This document shows, piece after piece, positions 30,001 through 40,094 of a stretch of DNA of 64,000 nucleotides (positions are counted from its first letter, which is position 1; each line of letters starts with the position of its first letter). A program made the translations under genes and the position numbers. The DNA is from Squalus acanthias (Eukaryota): assembly GCA_030390025.1 (NCBI GenBank), contig JASTWF010000035.1, forward strand, positions 1,798,001-1,862,000. The letters are read 5' to 3'. Below the pieces are notes generated by a model. That model was not told the origin of the DNA. It was given only the letters and a program-made list of their open reading frames with translations, and did not search any database.

Positions 30001-33000
30001 GGGACTGTCCAGTGTGTAATCCATTGACTCAGGGGGAGTGAGACTGTCCAGTGTGTAATCCATTGACTCAGGGGGAGTGAGACTGTCCAGTGTGTAATCC
30101 ATTGACTCGGGGAGTGAGACTGTCCAGTGTGTAATCCATTGACTCAGGGGGAGTGAGACTGTCCAGTGTGTAATCCATTGACTCAGGGGAGTGGGACTGT
30201 CCAGTGTGTAATCCATTGACTCAGGGGGAGTGAGACTGTCCAGTGTGTAATCCATTGACTCAGGGGGAGTGAGACTGTCCAGTGTGTAATCCATTGACTC
30301 AGGGGGAGTGAGACTGTCCAGTGTGTAATCCATTGACTCAGGGGGAGTGGGACTGTCCAGTGTGTAATCCATTGACTCAGGGGAGTGGACTGTCCAGTGT
30401 GTAATCCATTGACTCAGGGGGAGTGAGACTGTCCAGTGTGTAATCCATTGACTCAGGGGGAGTGAGACTGTCCAGTGTGTAATCCATTGACTCAGGGGGA
30501 GTGAGACTGTCCAGTGTGTAATCCATTGACTCAGGGGGAGTGAGACTGTCCAGTGTGTAATCCATTGACTCAGGGAGTGAGACTGTCCAGTGTGTAATCC
30601 ATTGACTCAGGGGGAGTGAGACTGTCCAGTGTGTAATCCATTGACTCAGGGGGAGTGGGACTGTCCAGTGTGTAATCCATTGACTCAGGGGGAGTGAGAC
30701 TGTCCAGTGTGTAATCCATTGACTCAGGGGGAGTGAGACTGTCCAGTGTGTAATCCATTGACTCAGGGGAGTGAGACTGTCCAGTGTGTAATCCATTGAC
30801 TCAGGGGGAGTGAGACTGTCCAGTGTGTAATCCATTGACTCAGGGGGAGTGAGACTGTCCAGTGTGTAATCCATTGACTCAGGGGGAGTGGACTGTCCAG
30901 TGTGTAATCCATTGACTCAGGGGAGTGAGACTGTCCAGTGTGTAATCCATTGACTCAGGGGAGTGAGACTGTCCAGTGTGTAATCCATTGACTCAGGGGA
31001 GTGAGACTGTCCAGTGTGTAATCCATTGACTGAGGGGAGTGGGACTGTCCAGTGTGTAATCCATTGACTCAGGGAGTGGGACTGTCCAGTGTGTAATCCA
31101 TTGACTCGGGGAGTGGGACTGTCCAGTGTGTAATCCATTGACTCAGGGGGAGTGAGACTGTCCAGTGTGTAATCCATTGACTCAGGGGAGTGGGACTGTC
31201 CAGTGTGTAATCCATTGACTCAGGGGGTGGGACTGTCCAGTGTGTAATCCATTGACTCAGGGGGAGTGAGACTGTCCAGTGTGTAATCCATTGACTCAGG
31301 GGAGTGAGACTGTCCAGTGTGTAATCCATTTGACTGGGGGGAGGGGGACTCCAGTGTGTAATCCATTGACTCAGGGGGAGTGAGACTGTCCAGTGTGTAA
31401 TCCATTGACTCAGGGGGAGTGGGACCTGTCAGTGTGTAATCCATTGACTCAGGGGAGTGAGGAGCCTGTCCAGTGTGTAATCATTGACTCAGGGGGAGTG
31501 AGACTGTCCAGTGTGTAATCCATTGACTCAGGGGGAGTGAGACTGTCCAGTGTGTAACCATTGACTCAGGGGACTGAGGACTGTCCAGTGTGTAATCCAT
31601 TGAGACTCAGGGGAGTGGACTGTCCAGTGTGTAATCCATTGACTCGGGGAGTGAGACTGTCCAGTGTGTAATCCATTGACTCGGGGAGTGAGAATGTCCA
31701 GTGTGTAATCCATTGACTCAGGGGGAGTGAGGACTGTCCAGTGTGTAATCCATTGACTCAGGGGAGTGGGACTGTCCAGTGTGTAATCCATTGACTCAGG
31801 GGAGTGAGACTGTCCAGTGGTAATCCATTGACTCAGGGGGAGTGAGACTGTCCAGTGTGTAATCCATTGACTCAGGGGGAGTGAGACTGTCCAGTGTGTA
31901 ATCCATTGACTCAGGGGNNNNNNNNNNNNNNNNNNNNNNNNNNNNNNNNNNNNNNNNNNNNNNNNNNNNNNNNNNNNNNNNNNNNNNNNNNNNNNNNNNN
32001 NNNNNNNNNNNNNNNNNNNNNNNNNNNNNNNNNNNNNNNNNNNNNNNNNNNNNNNNNNNNNNNNNNNNNNNNNNNNNNNNNNNNNNNNNNNNNNNNNNNN
32101 NNNNNNNNNNNNNNNNNGTGTGTAATCCATTGACTCAGGGGAGTGGACTGTCCAGTGTGTAATCCATTGACTCAGGGGATGGACTGTCCAGTGTGTAATC
32201 CATTGACTCAGGGGGAGTGAGACTGTCCAGTGTGTAATCCATTGACTCAGGGGAGTGGGACTGTCCAGTGTGTAATCCATTGACTCAGGGGGAGTGAGAC
32301 TGTCCAGTGTGTAATCCATTGACTCAGGGGGAGTGGGACTGTCCAGTGTGTAATCCATTGACTCAGGGGGAGTGAGACTGTCCAGTGTGTAATCCATTGA
32401 CTCAGGGGAGTGAGACTGTCCAGTGTGTAATCCATTGACTCAGGGGGAGTGAGACTGTCCAGTGTGTAATCCATTGACTCAGGGGGAGTGAGACTGTCCA
32501 GTGTGTAATCCATTGACTCAGGGACTGAGACTGTCCAGTGTGTAATCCATTGACTCAGGGACTGAGACTGTCCAGTGTGTAATCCATTGACTCAGGGGAG
32601 TGAGACTGTCCAGTGTGTAATCCATTGACTCAGGGGGAGTGGGACTCTGTCCAGTGTGTAATCATATGACTCAGGGGGAGTGAGACTGTCATGTGTGTAA
32701 TCCATTGACTCAGGGGGAGTAGGGACAGTCCAGTGTGTAATCCATTGACTCGGGGAGTGAGACTGTCCCAGTGTGTAATCCATTGACTCGGGGAGTCAGA
32801 CTGTCCAGTGTGTAATCCATTGACTCAGGGAGAGAGCTGTCCAGTGTGTAATCCATTGACCTCTGTGGAGTGAGACTGTCCAGTATGTAATCCATTGACT
32901 CAGGGGGAGTGTGGAGCTGTCCAGTGTGTAAATCTATTGACTCAGGGGGGACTGAGACTGTCCAGTGTGTAATCCATTGACTCAGGGGGAGGGTGGGATC

Positions 33001-33795
33001 TGTCAGTGTGTAATCCATTGTATCTCATAGGTGGGTAGTGGACTTGTCCAGTGTGTAATCCATTGACTCAGGGGAGTGGGACTGTCCAGTGTGTAATCCA
33101 TTGCATCGGGGAGTGGGACTGTCCAGTGAGTAATCCATTGACTCAGGGGGGAGTGAGACTGTCCAGTGTGTAATCCATTGACTCAGGGGGAGTGAGACTG
33201 TCCAGTGTGTAATCCATTGACTCAGGGGGAGTGAGACTGTCCAGTGTGTAATCCATTGACTCAGGGGGAGTGAGACTGTCCAGTGTGTAATCCATTGACT
33301 CAGGGGGAGTGAGACTGTCCAGTGTGTAATCCATTGACTCGGGGGGAGTGAGACTGTCCAGTGTGTAATCCATTGACTCAGGGGGAGTGAGACTGTCCAG
33401 TGTGTAATCCATTGACTCAGGGGGAGTGAGACTGTCCAGTGTGTAATCCATTGACTCAGGGGGAGTGAGACTGTCCAGTGTGTAATCCATTGACTCAGGG
33501 GGAGTGGGACTGTCCAGTGTGTAATCCATTGACTCAGGGGGAGTGAGACTGTCCAGTGTGTAATCCATTGACTCAGGGGGAGTGAGACTGTCCAGTGTGT
33601 AATCCATTGACTCAGGGGGAGTGGGACTGTCCAGTGTGTAATCCATTGACTCAGGGGGAGTGAGACTGTCCAGTGTGTAATCCATTGACTCAGGGGGAGT
33701 GAGACTGTCCAGTGTGTAATCCATTGACTCGGGGAGTGGGACTGTCCAGTGTGTAATCCATTGACTCAGGGAGTGGGACTGTCACTGTGTAATCC
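1..33795. repeat. 39-bp tandem satellite, consensus GTGTGTAATCCATTGACTCAGGGGGAGTGAGACTGTCCA, roughly 860 units, running off the left edge of the window
   Basis: Head-to-tail repeat read directly. The main variants are G5/G4 run length and GAGTGAGAC/GAGTGGGAC. It ends in a degenerate unit (ACTGTGTAATCCCCTGATTTAGGAGTACTG) at ~33784-33813. Confidence 0.99.
31918..32117. other. Assembly gap of exactly 200 N inside the satellite
   Basis: Run of 200 n with the same satellite in the same orientation on both sides. The round length suggests an unsized scaffolding gap. Confidence 0.98.
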
Positions 33796-33911
33796 CCTGA
33801 TTTAGGAGTACTGATTTGTGCCAGGAAACACTCACATACTGATCCAGTCCCCAAAAAGTTGCCTCAGCGCAGAATGCTCATCATTGGTATGTGTGTAAAA
33901 CATGGAATTAG

Positions 33912-35061
33912 TGCAAAGGAAACATACTGCGAAATATAAACGAAAATACTGGAAATACTCAGCATGTCTGGCAGCATCTGTGAAGAGAGAAACAGAGTTA
34001 ACGTTTCAGGTCGATGACCTTTCGTCAGAACTGGAAAATGTTAGAGATGTAACAGGTTTTAAGCAAGTGCAGAGGCAGGGAAAGTGGTAGGGGAAGGTCA
34101 GAACAAAAGGGAAGGTCTGTGATAGGGTGGAAGGCAGGAGAAATTAAATAAATAGCAGAATCATTACCAGCACCTGCTTTCCGAAAAAATGGGATCAGAG
34201 GTTATGATCTGAAATTGTTGAACTGAATGTTGAGTCCGGAAGCTGTAACGTGCCTAATCGAAAGACGAGGTGCTGTTCCTCAAGCTTCCGTTGAGCTTCA
34301 TTGAAACAGTGAAGGAGGCCGTGGACAGAGAGGTCAGAGTGGGAGTGGAGCGGAGAATTAAAGTGACTGGCGACCGGAAGCTCAGGGTCACACTTGCAGA
34401 CTGAACAGAGGTGTTCAGCAAAGCGCTCACCCAATCTGTGTTTGATCTCCCCAATGTTGAAGAGACCGCATCGTGAGCAGCGAATACAGTATCCTGAATT
34501 GAAAAAAGTACAAGTAAATTGCTGTTTCACGTGGCTGGAGAGTTTGGGGCTCTGAACGGTGGGAAGGGAGAAGGTGAAAGGGCAGCTATTGCATCTCCTG
34601 TGCTTGCATGGGAAGGTGCTGTGGGAAGGGGACTGGGTGTTGGGGGTGATGCAAGATTGGACCAGGGTGTCACGGAGGGAACGGTCCCTTCGGAATGCTG
34701 AAAGCCAGGCAGAGAAGGGAGGTGGCTGAACTTGTTCTTTCATTGAACAACTTCTCCAAATAAAAGGTGTCACTATGGGAACCCGTATGAGTCCTGGCTA
34801 TATCTGCCTTTTCGTGGGTTACGTGGAACATTCTTTGTTCCAGTCCTACTCAGGTCCCCTCCCTCACCTCTTTTTCCGGTACATTGATGACTGTATCAGT
34901 GCTGCTTCCTGCTCTTACCCCAAACTGGAAAATGTAATCAAGTTTGTTTCAAATTTCCATCCCTCCCTCGCCTTCACATGGTCCATCTCCAACCCTTCCC
35001 TTCCCTTCCTCGACTCCATTTCTGGGGACAGGCTGTCAACCAATGTCTACTATAAGCCCAC
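33912..35061 (-). mobile_element. Penelope-like retroelement, 5'-truncated with an inverted segment: GIY-YIG endonuclease and 3' tail on - strand (33912-~34704), RT fragment on + strand (~34722-35061)
   Basis: The - strand ORF contains FPCKHRRCNSC...FTC...YCIRCSRCGLFNIGEIKHRLGERFAEH (Penelope GIY-YIG-like). The + strand ORF contains MGTRMSPGYICLFVG...FFRYIDD...YYKPT (Penelope RT). An 11-bp direct repeat CATGGAATTAG lies at 33901-33911 and 35062-35072. Confidence 0.9.
33996..34032 (-). ncRNA. Minimal type I hammerhead ribozyme motif in the Penelope terminal repeat
   Basis: The minus strand reads AGUU-CUGACGA-A-AGGUC-AUC-GACCU-GAAAC-GUU-AACU: catalytic core boxes, 5-bp helix II, AGUU/AACU helix I and a palindromic ACGU in place of helix III. 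Confidence 0.75.
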
Positions 35062-35303
35062 CATGGAATTAGATCCTCTGGCTCAGTCTGTTGTTTAGCC
35101 TGATGCACTGCACCCACTGAAGGTCATTTTATGCCCTCCAGCATCAACAGTTGATCCATAAAATGTTTGGAGTCAAATCGCCCCAAACCTAACTGATTCC
35201 AAAAGAGTTTGGTGTCAAAGCTCTCTGATCCTGACTGGCTCATTTTTGAAACCTAATGACAGTGAGACCGTGATGACAGAAATCTTCTATTCTTATTCCA
35301 CAG

Positions 35304-35381
35304 GCCTGTATTGATGGGAAGTGTCAGGATGTGACGCTGTTCAAAGCACAAAACTGTGACGAGACCTGCAATAACAATGGG
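35304..35381 (+). CDS. Internal coding exon of an ADAM-family (ADAM8/12/15/19/33-type) disintegrin metalloprotease: end of Cys-rich domain and start of EGF-like domain
   Basis: Polypyrimidine tract with CACAG acceptor and GTATGA donor. 78 nt, phase 0-0, translating ACIDGKCQDVTLFKAQNCDETCNNNG, with the Cys spacing of the homologous ADAM exon. Splices in frame to 50175. Confidence 0.88.
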
Positions 35382-35504
35382 GTATGAAATTAAGCACTCT
35401 CCTTTCAGTTGGGCTGATATATTTATTGGGGTGGGGTGACGTCATTATATTATTATGCTAAACCTTTATAAAACACTGGTTAGGCCTCAGCCGGTGCATT
35501 ATGT

Positions 35505-38213
35505 TCACTTCTAGTGGAGTAGTATATAGGCCTCCTAATAGTTGCAACTCTGCTGGAAGAAGTATTAATCAGGAAATAGTTGGGGCATGTAATAAGGGAA
35601 CAGCTATCATTATGGGGGATTTTAACTATCATATTAACTGGACAAATCAAATTGGGCAGGGCAGCCTTGAGGAAGAGTTTATTGAGTGTATTAGGGATGG
35701 ATTTCTTGAGCAGTATGTAACTGATCCTACAAGGGGGCAAGCAACCTTGGACCTGGTCCTGTGTAATGAGCCAGGATTAATTAATAATGTCCTAGTTAAG
35801 GATCCCCTTGGAATGAGTGACCATAACATGGTTGAATTCCATATCCAATTAGAGGGTGAGAAGCTTGGTTTTCAAACAAGCGTACTGAGCTTGAATAAAG
35901 GAGACTATGATGGTATGAGAGCGGAATTGATTAAAGTGGACTGGGAAAATAATTAAAGGGTAAGACGGTACATGAGCAGTGGTGTTCATTTAAGGAGTTA
36001 TTTTACAACTTTAGAAAAGAAATATATTCCACTGAGGAAAAAAGGGTGTAAAAGAAATGACAGCCATCCATGGCTAAGTAAAGAAATTAAGGATAGTATC
36101 CGACTAAAAACAAGGACATATAAGGTAGCCAAACGTAGTGGGAGGATGGAAGATTGGGAAGACTTCAAAAGACAGCAAAAAGTAACTAAAGGATTGATTA
36201 AGAAAGGGAAGATAGATTATGAAAATAAATTAGCAAAAAATATAAAAACAGATAGCAAGAGTTTCTATAGTTATACAAAAAGAAAAAGGGTGGCTAAGGC
36301 AAGCGTAGGTCCCTTAGAGGATGAGACCGGGAAATTAATGGTGGGAAATATGGAGATGGCAAAAATGCTGAACAAATATTTTGTTTCAGTCTTTACGGTA
36401 GAGGACACTAAGAATATCCCAACACTGGACAAACAGGGGGCTCTTGGAGGGGAGGAGCTAAATACGATTAAAATCACTAAGGAATTGGTACTCAGTAAAA
36501 TAATGGGACTCAAGGCGGATAAATCCCCTGGACCTGATGGCTTACATCCTAGGGTCTTGAGGGAAGTGGCAGTAGGGATTGTGGATGCTTTGGAAATAAT
36601 TTCCCAAAATTCCCTGGACTCAGCAAAGGTCCCGGCAGATTGGAAAACTGCTAATGTAACACCCTTATTTAAAAAGGGTAGTAGGCAGAAGGCTGGAAAT
36701 TATAGACCAGTTAGCCTAACATCTGTGGTGGGTAAAATTTTGGAGTCTATTATTAAGGAGACAGTAACCGAATATTTAGATAAACATAATTTAATAGGAC
36801 AAAGTCAGCATGGCTTTATGAAGGGGAAGTCATGTCTGACAAATTTGCTTGAGTTCTTTGAGGACATAACGTATAGGGTGGCTAAAGGGGAACCAGTGGA
36901 CGTAGTGTATTTAGACTTCCAGAAGGCATTCGACAAGGTGCCACATAAAAGATTATTGCTCAAGATAAAAAATCACTGGATTGGGGGTAATATTCTGGCA
37001 TGGGTGGAGGATTGGTTATCTAACAGGAAGCAGAGAGTTGGGATAAATGGTTCATTCTCGGACTGGCAACCAGTAGCCAGTGGTGTTCCGCAGGGTTCGG
37101 TACTGGGTCCCCAACTCTTTACAATCTATATTAACGATTTGGAGGAGGGGACCGAGTGTAACATATCAAAGTTTGCAGATGATACAAAGATGGGAGGGAA
37201 AGTAGAAAGTGAGGAGGACATAAAAAACCTACAAGGGGATATAGACAGGCTGGGTGAGTGGGCGGAGATTTGGCAGATGCAATACAATATTGGAAAGTGT
37301 GAGGTTATGCACTTTGGCAGGAAAAATCAGAGAGCAAGTTATTATTTTATTGGCGAGAAACTGGAAAGTACTGCAGTACAAAGGGATCTGGGGGTCCTAG
37401 TGCAAGAAAATCAAAAAGTTAGTATGCAGGTGCAGCAGGTGATCAAGAAGGCCAACGGAATGTTGGCTTTTATTGCTAGGGGGAAAAATTATAAAAACAG
37501 GGAGGTATTGCTGCAGTTATATAAAGATTGGTGAGACCGCACCTGGAATATTGCATACAGTTTTGGTGTCCATACTTAAGAAAAGACATACTTGCTCTCG
37601 TGGCAGTACAAAGAAGGTTCACTCGGTTAATCCCGGGGATGAGGGGGTGGACATATGAGGAGAGGTTGAGTAGATTGGGACTCTACTCATTGGAGTTTAG
37701 AAGAATGAGAGGCGATCTTATTGAAACATATAAGATTGTAAAGGGGCTTGATCGGGTGGATGCGGTAAGGATGTTCCCAAGGATGGGTGAAACTAGAACT
37801 AGGGCATAATCTTAGAATAAGAGGCTGCTCTTTCAAAACTGAGATGAGATGAAACTTCTTCACTCAGAGGGTAGTGGGTCTGTGGAATTTGCTGCCCCAG
37901 GAAGCTGTGGAAGCTACATCATTAAATAAATTTAAAACAGAAATAGATAGTTTCCTGGAGGTAAAGGGAATCAGGGGTTACGGGGAGCGGGCAGGAAATT
38001 GGACACGAGGCTGAGTTCGGATCAGTCAAGGCCCTGTGGGTGGCGGAGCGGGCCCAGGGGCCGAGTGGCCGGGTCCTGCTCCTACTTCTTGTGTTCTTTA
38101 GATTTGAGGTTAGGATCAGATCAGCCATGATCTCATTGAATGGCGGAGCAGGCTCGAGGGGCCGATTGGCCTACTCCTGCTCCTATTTCTTCTGTTCTTA
38201 TGTTCTTATGTTC
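35505..38213 (+). mobile_element. CR1-clade LINE (elasmobranch HER1-like), 5'-truncated within the AP endonuclease; ORF2 disrupted
   Basis: GVVYRPP, GDFN, LDLVL and SDH endonuclease motifs; RT motifs KSPGPDG, YRPVSLTS, GVPQGSVLGP, FADD. Frameshifts near 35955 and 37528, a stop near 37850, and a (TTCTTATG)n tail. Confidence 0.95.
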
Positions 38214-39070
38214 TTCTGGACAACAACTCCTGCCACATCCAGTCGTGAATGGTGCTGGACAATTAAACAACTAACGGGAGGCGGAGGCTCCACGAACATC
38301 CCCATCTTCAATGATGGTGGAGCCCAGCACGTGAGTGCAAAAGACAAGGCTGAAGCATTCGTAATCATCTTCAGCCAGAAGTGCCGACTAGATGATCCAT
38401 ATCGGCCTCCTCCTGAGGACCCCACCGTCACAGAAGCCAATTCGATTCACTCGACGTGATAGCAAGGAACGGCTGAGTGCACTGGATACAGAAAAGGCTC
38501 CGGGCTCCGATAACATCCCGACTGTCGTGCTGAAGACTTGTGCTCCAGAACTAGCCACACCTCTAGCCAAGCTGTTCCAGTACAGCTACAACACTGGCAT
38601 CTACCCGTCAAAATGGAAAATTGTCCAGGTATGTCCTGTCCACAAAAATCAGGACAAATCCAATCTGGCCAACCACTGCCCGATCAGTCTACTCTCAATC
38701 ATCAGCAAAGCGATGCAAGCTGTCCTCGACAGTGTCATCAAGCTGCACTTACTCACCAATAACCTGCTCACTGATGCTCAGTTTAGGTTCTGCCAGGACC
38801 CCTCGGCTTCAGACCTCATTACAGTCTTGGTTAAAACATGGACAAAGAGCTGTATTCCAGAGGTGAGGTGAGAGTGACTGCCCTTGACATCAAGGCAGCA
38901 TTTGACTGAGTGTGGCATCAAAGAGCCCTAGTAAAATTGAAGTGAATGGGAATCAAAGTAAAGTTCTCCACTAGTTGGAGTCCTACCTAGCACAAAGGAA
39001 GATAGTTGTGGTTGTTGGAGGCCAATCATCACAGCCCCAGGACATCACTGCAAGAGTTCCTCAGGGCAGT
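38214..39070 (+). mobile_element. Decayed LINE of a second family (CR1/L2 group), left part of RT; target of the RTE insertion
   Basis: Translates KAPGSDNIPTVVLKTCAPELATPLAKLFQYSYNTGIYPSKWK...PISLLSIISK. Contains stops and frameshifts and ends abruptly at GTTCCTCAGGGCAGT. Confidence 0.85.
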
Positions 39071-40094
39071 TCTTCTTCTTAGGCAGTCCCTCGGAACCGA
39101 GTATGACTTGCTTCCACACTAAAAATGAGTTCTCAGGTGACTGATGAGTCCAATGCGGGACCTACAGTCTCTGTCACAGGTGGGGCAGACGGTGGGTGGT
39201 GTGCTTGGGTTGACGTGCGCTCCTTCCGCCGTTTTTGCTTGCCTTCTGCTTGCTCCTGGCGAAGAGACTCGAGGTATTCGGCGCCTTCCTGGATGCTTCT
39301 CCTCCACTTCGTGCGGTCTTGGGCCAGGGATTCCCAGGTGTCGGTGGGGATGTTGCACTTTTTCAAGGAGGCTTTGAGGGTGTCCTTGAAGTGTTTCCTC
39401 TGCCCACCTGGGGCTCTCTTGCCGTGTCGGAGCTCCGAGTAGAGTGCTTGTTTTGGGAGTCTCGTATCGGGCATGCAGACGATGTGACCCGTCCATCAGA
39501 GCTGATCGAGTGTGGTCAAAGCTTCGATGCTGGGGATGTTGGCCTGAGCGAGAACACTGACGTTGGTGCGCCTATCCTGCCAATGGATTTGCAGGATCTT
39601 GCGGAGGCAGCGTTGGTGGTACCTCTCCAGTGCTTTGAGGTGCCTGCTGTACATGGTCCATATCTCTGAAGCATACAGGAGGGCGGGTATCACTACTGCT
39701 CTGTAGACCATGAGCTTGGTGCCGGGTTTGAGGTCCTGGTCTTCAAACACTCTCTTCCTCAGGCGACCGAAGGCTGCACTGGCAATCTGAAGGCGGTGTT
39801 GGACTTCGTCATCGACGTCTGCCCTTGTTGACAGTAGGCTCCCGAGGGATGGAAAGTGGTCCACGTTGTCCAAGGCCTCGTCGTGGATTTTGATAATTGG
39901 GGAGCAGTACTGTGTGGCGGGGGCTGGTTGGTAGAGGACTTTTGTCTTACGGATGTTTAGTGTAAGGCCCATGCTCTCGTACGCTTCGGTGAAGGTGTTG
40001 ACGATTGTTTGGAGTTTCGGTAATTACCGCAATCGGACTTGTCACCTTTCTTGAAGATGGTCATTATAACGGCTTCTCTGAGATCACCTGGCAT

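Noticed and set aside
31894..32133. ORFs containing X runs
   Set aside because: Artefacts of translating the N gap.
702..33724. Dozens of ORFs encoding MDYTLDSLTPPES / LSQWITHWTVSLP repeats as protein-coding genes
   Set aside because: They follow from a 39-bp unit lacking stops in two frames; frames switch at G-run indels and there is no unique coding context.
1..33795. CRISPR array or telomeric repeat
   Set aside because: There are no unique spacers, no cas genes and no TTAGGG units, and the context is vertebrate.
1..33795. G-quadruplex array or antioxidant response elements in the satellite
   Set aside because: There is only one long G-run per 39 bp, so loops are too long for a canonical G4, and TGACTCAGG lacks the GC required by the ARE consensus TGACnnnGC.
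35972..37534. 520-aa RT ORF as a host gene or an active element
   Set aside because: It is part of a 5'-truncated CR1 with frameshifts and a premature stop.
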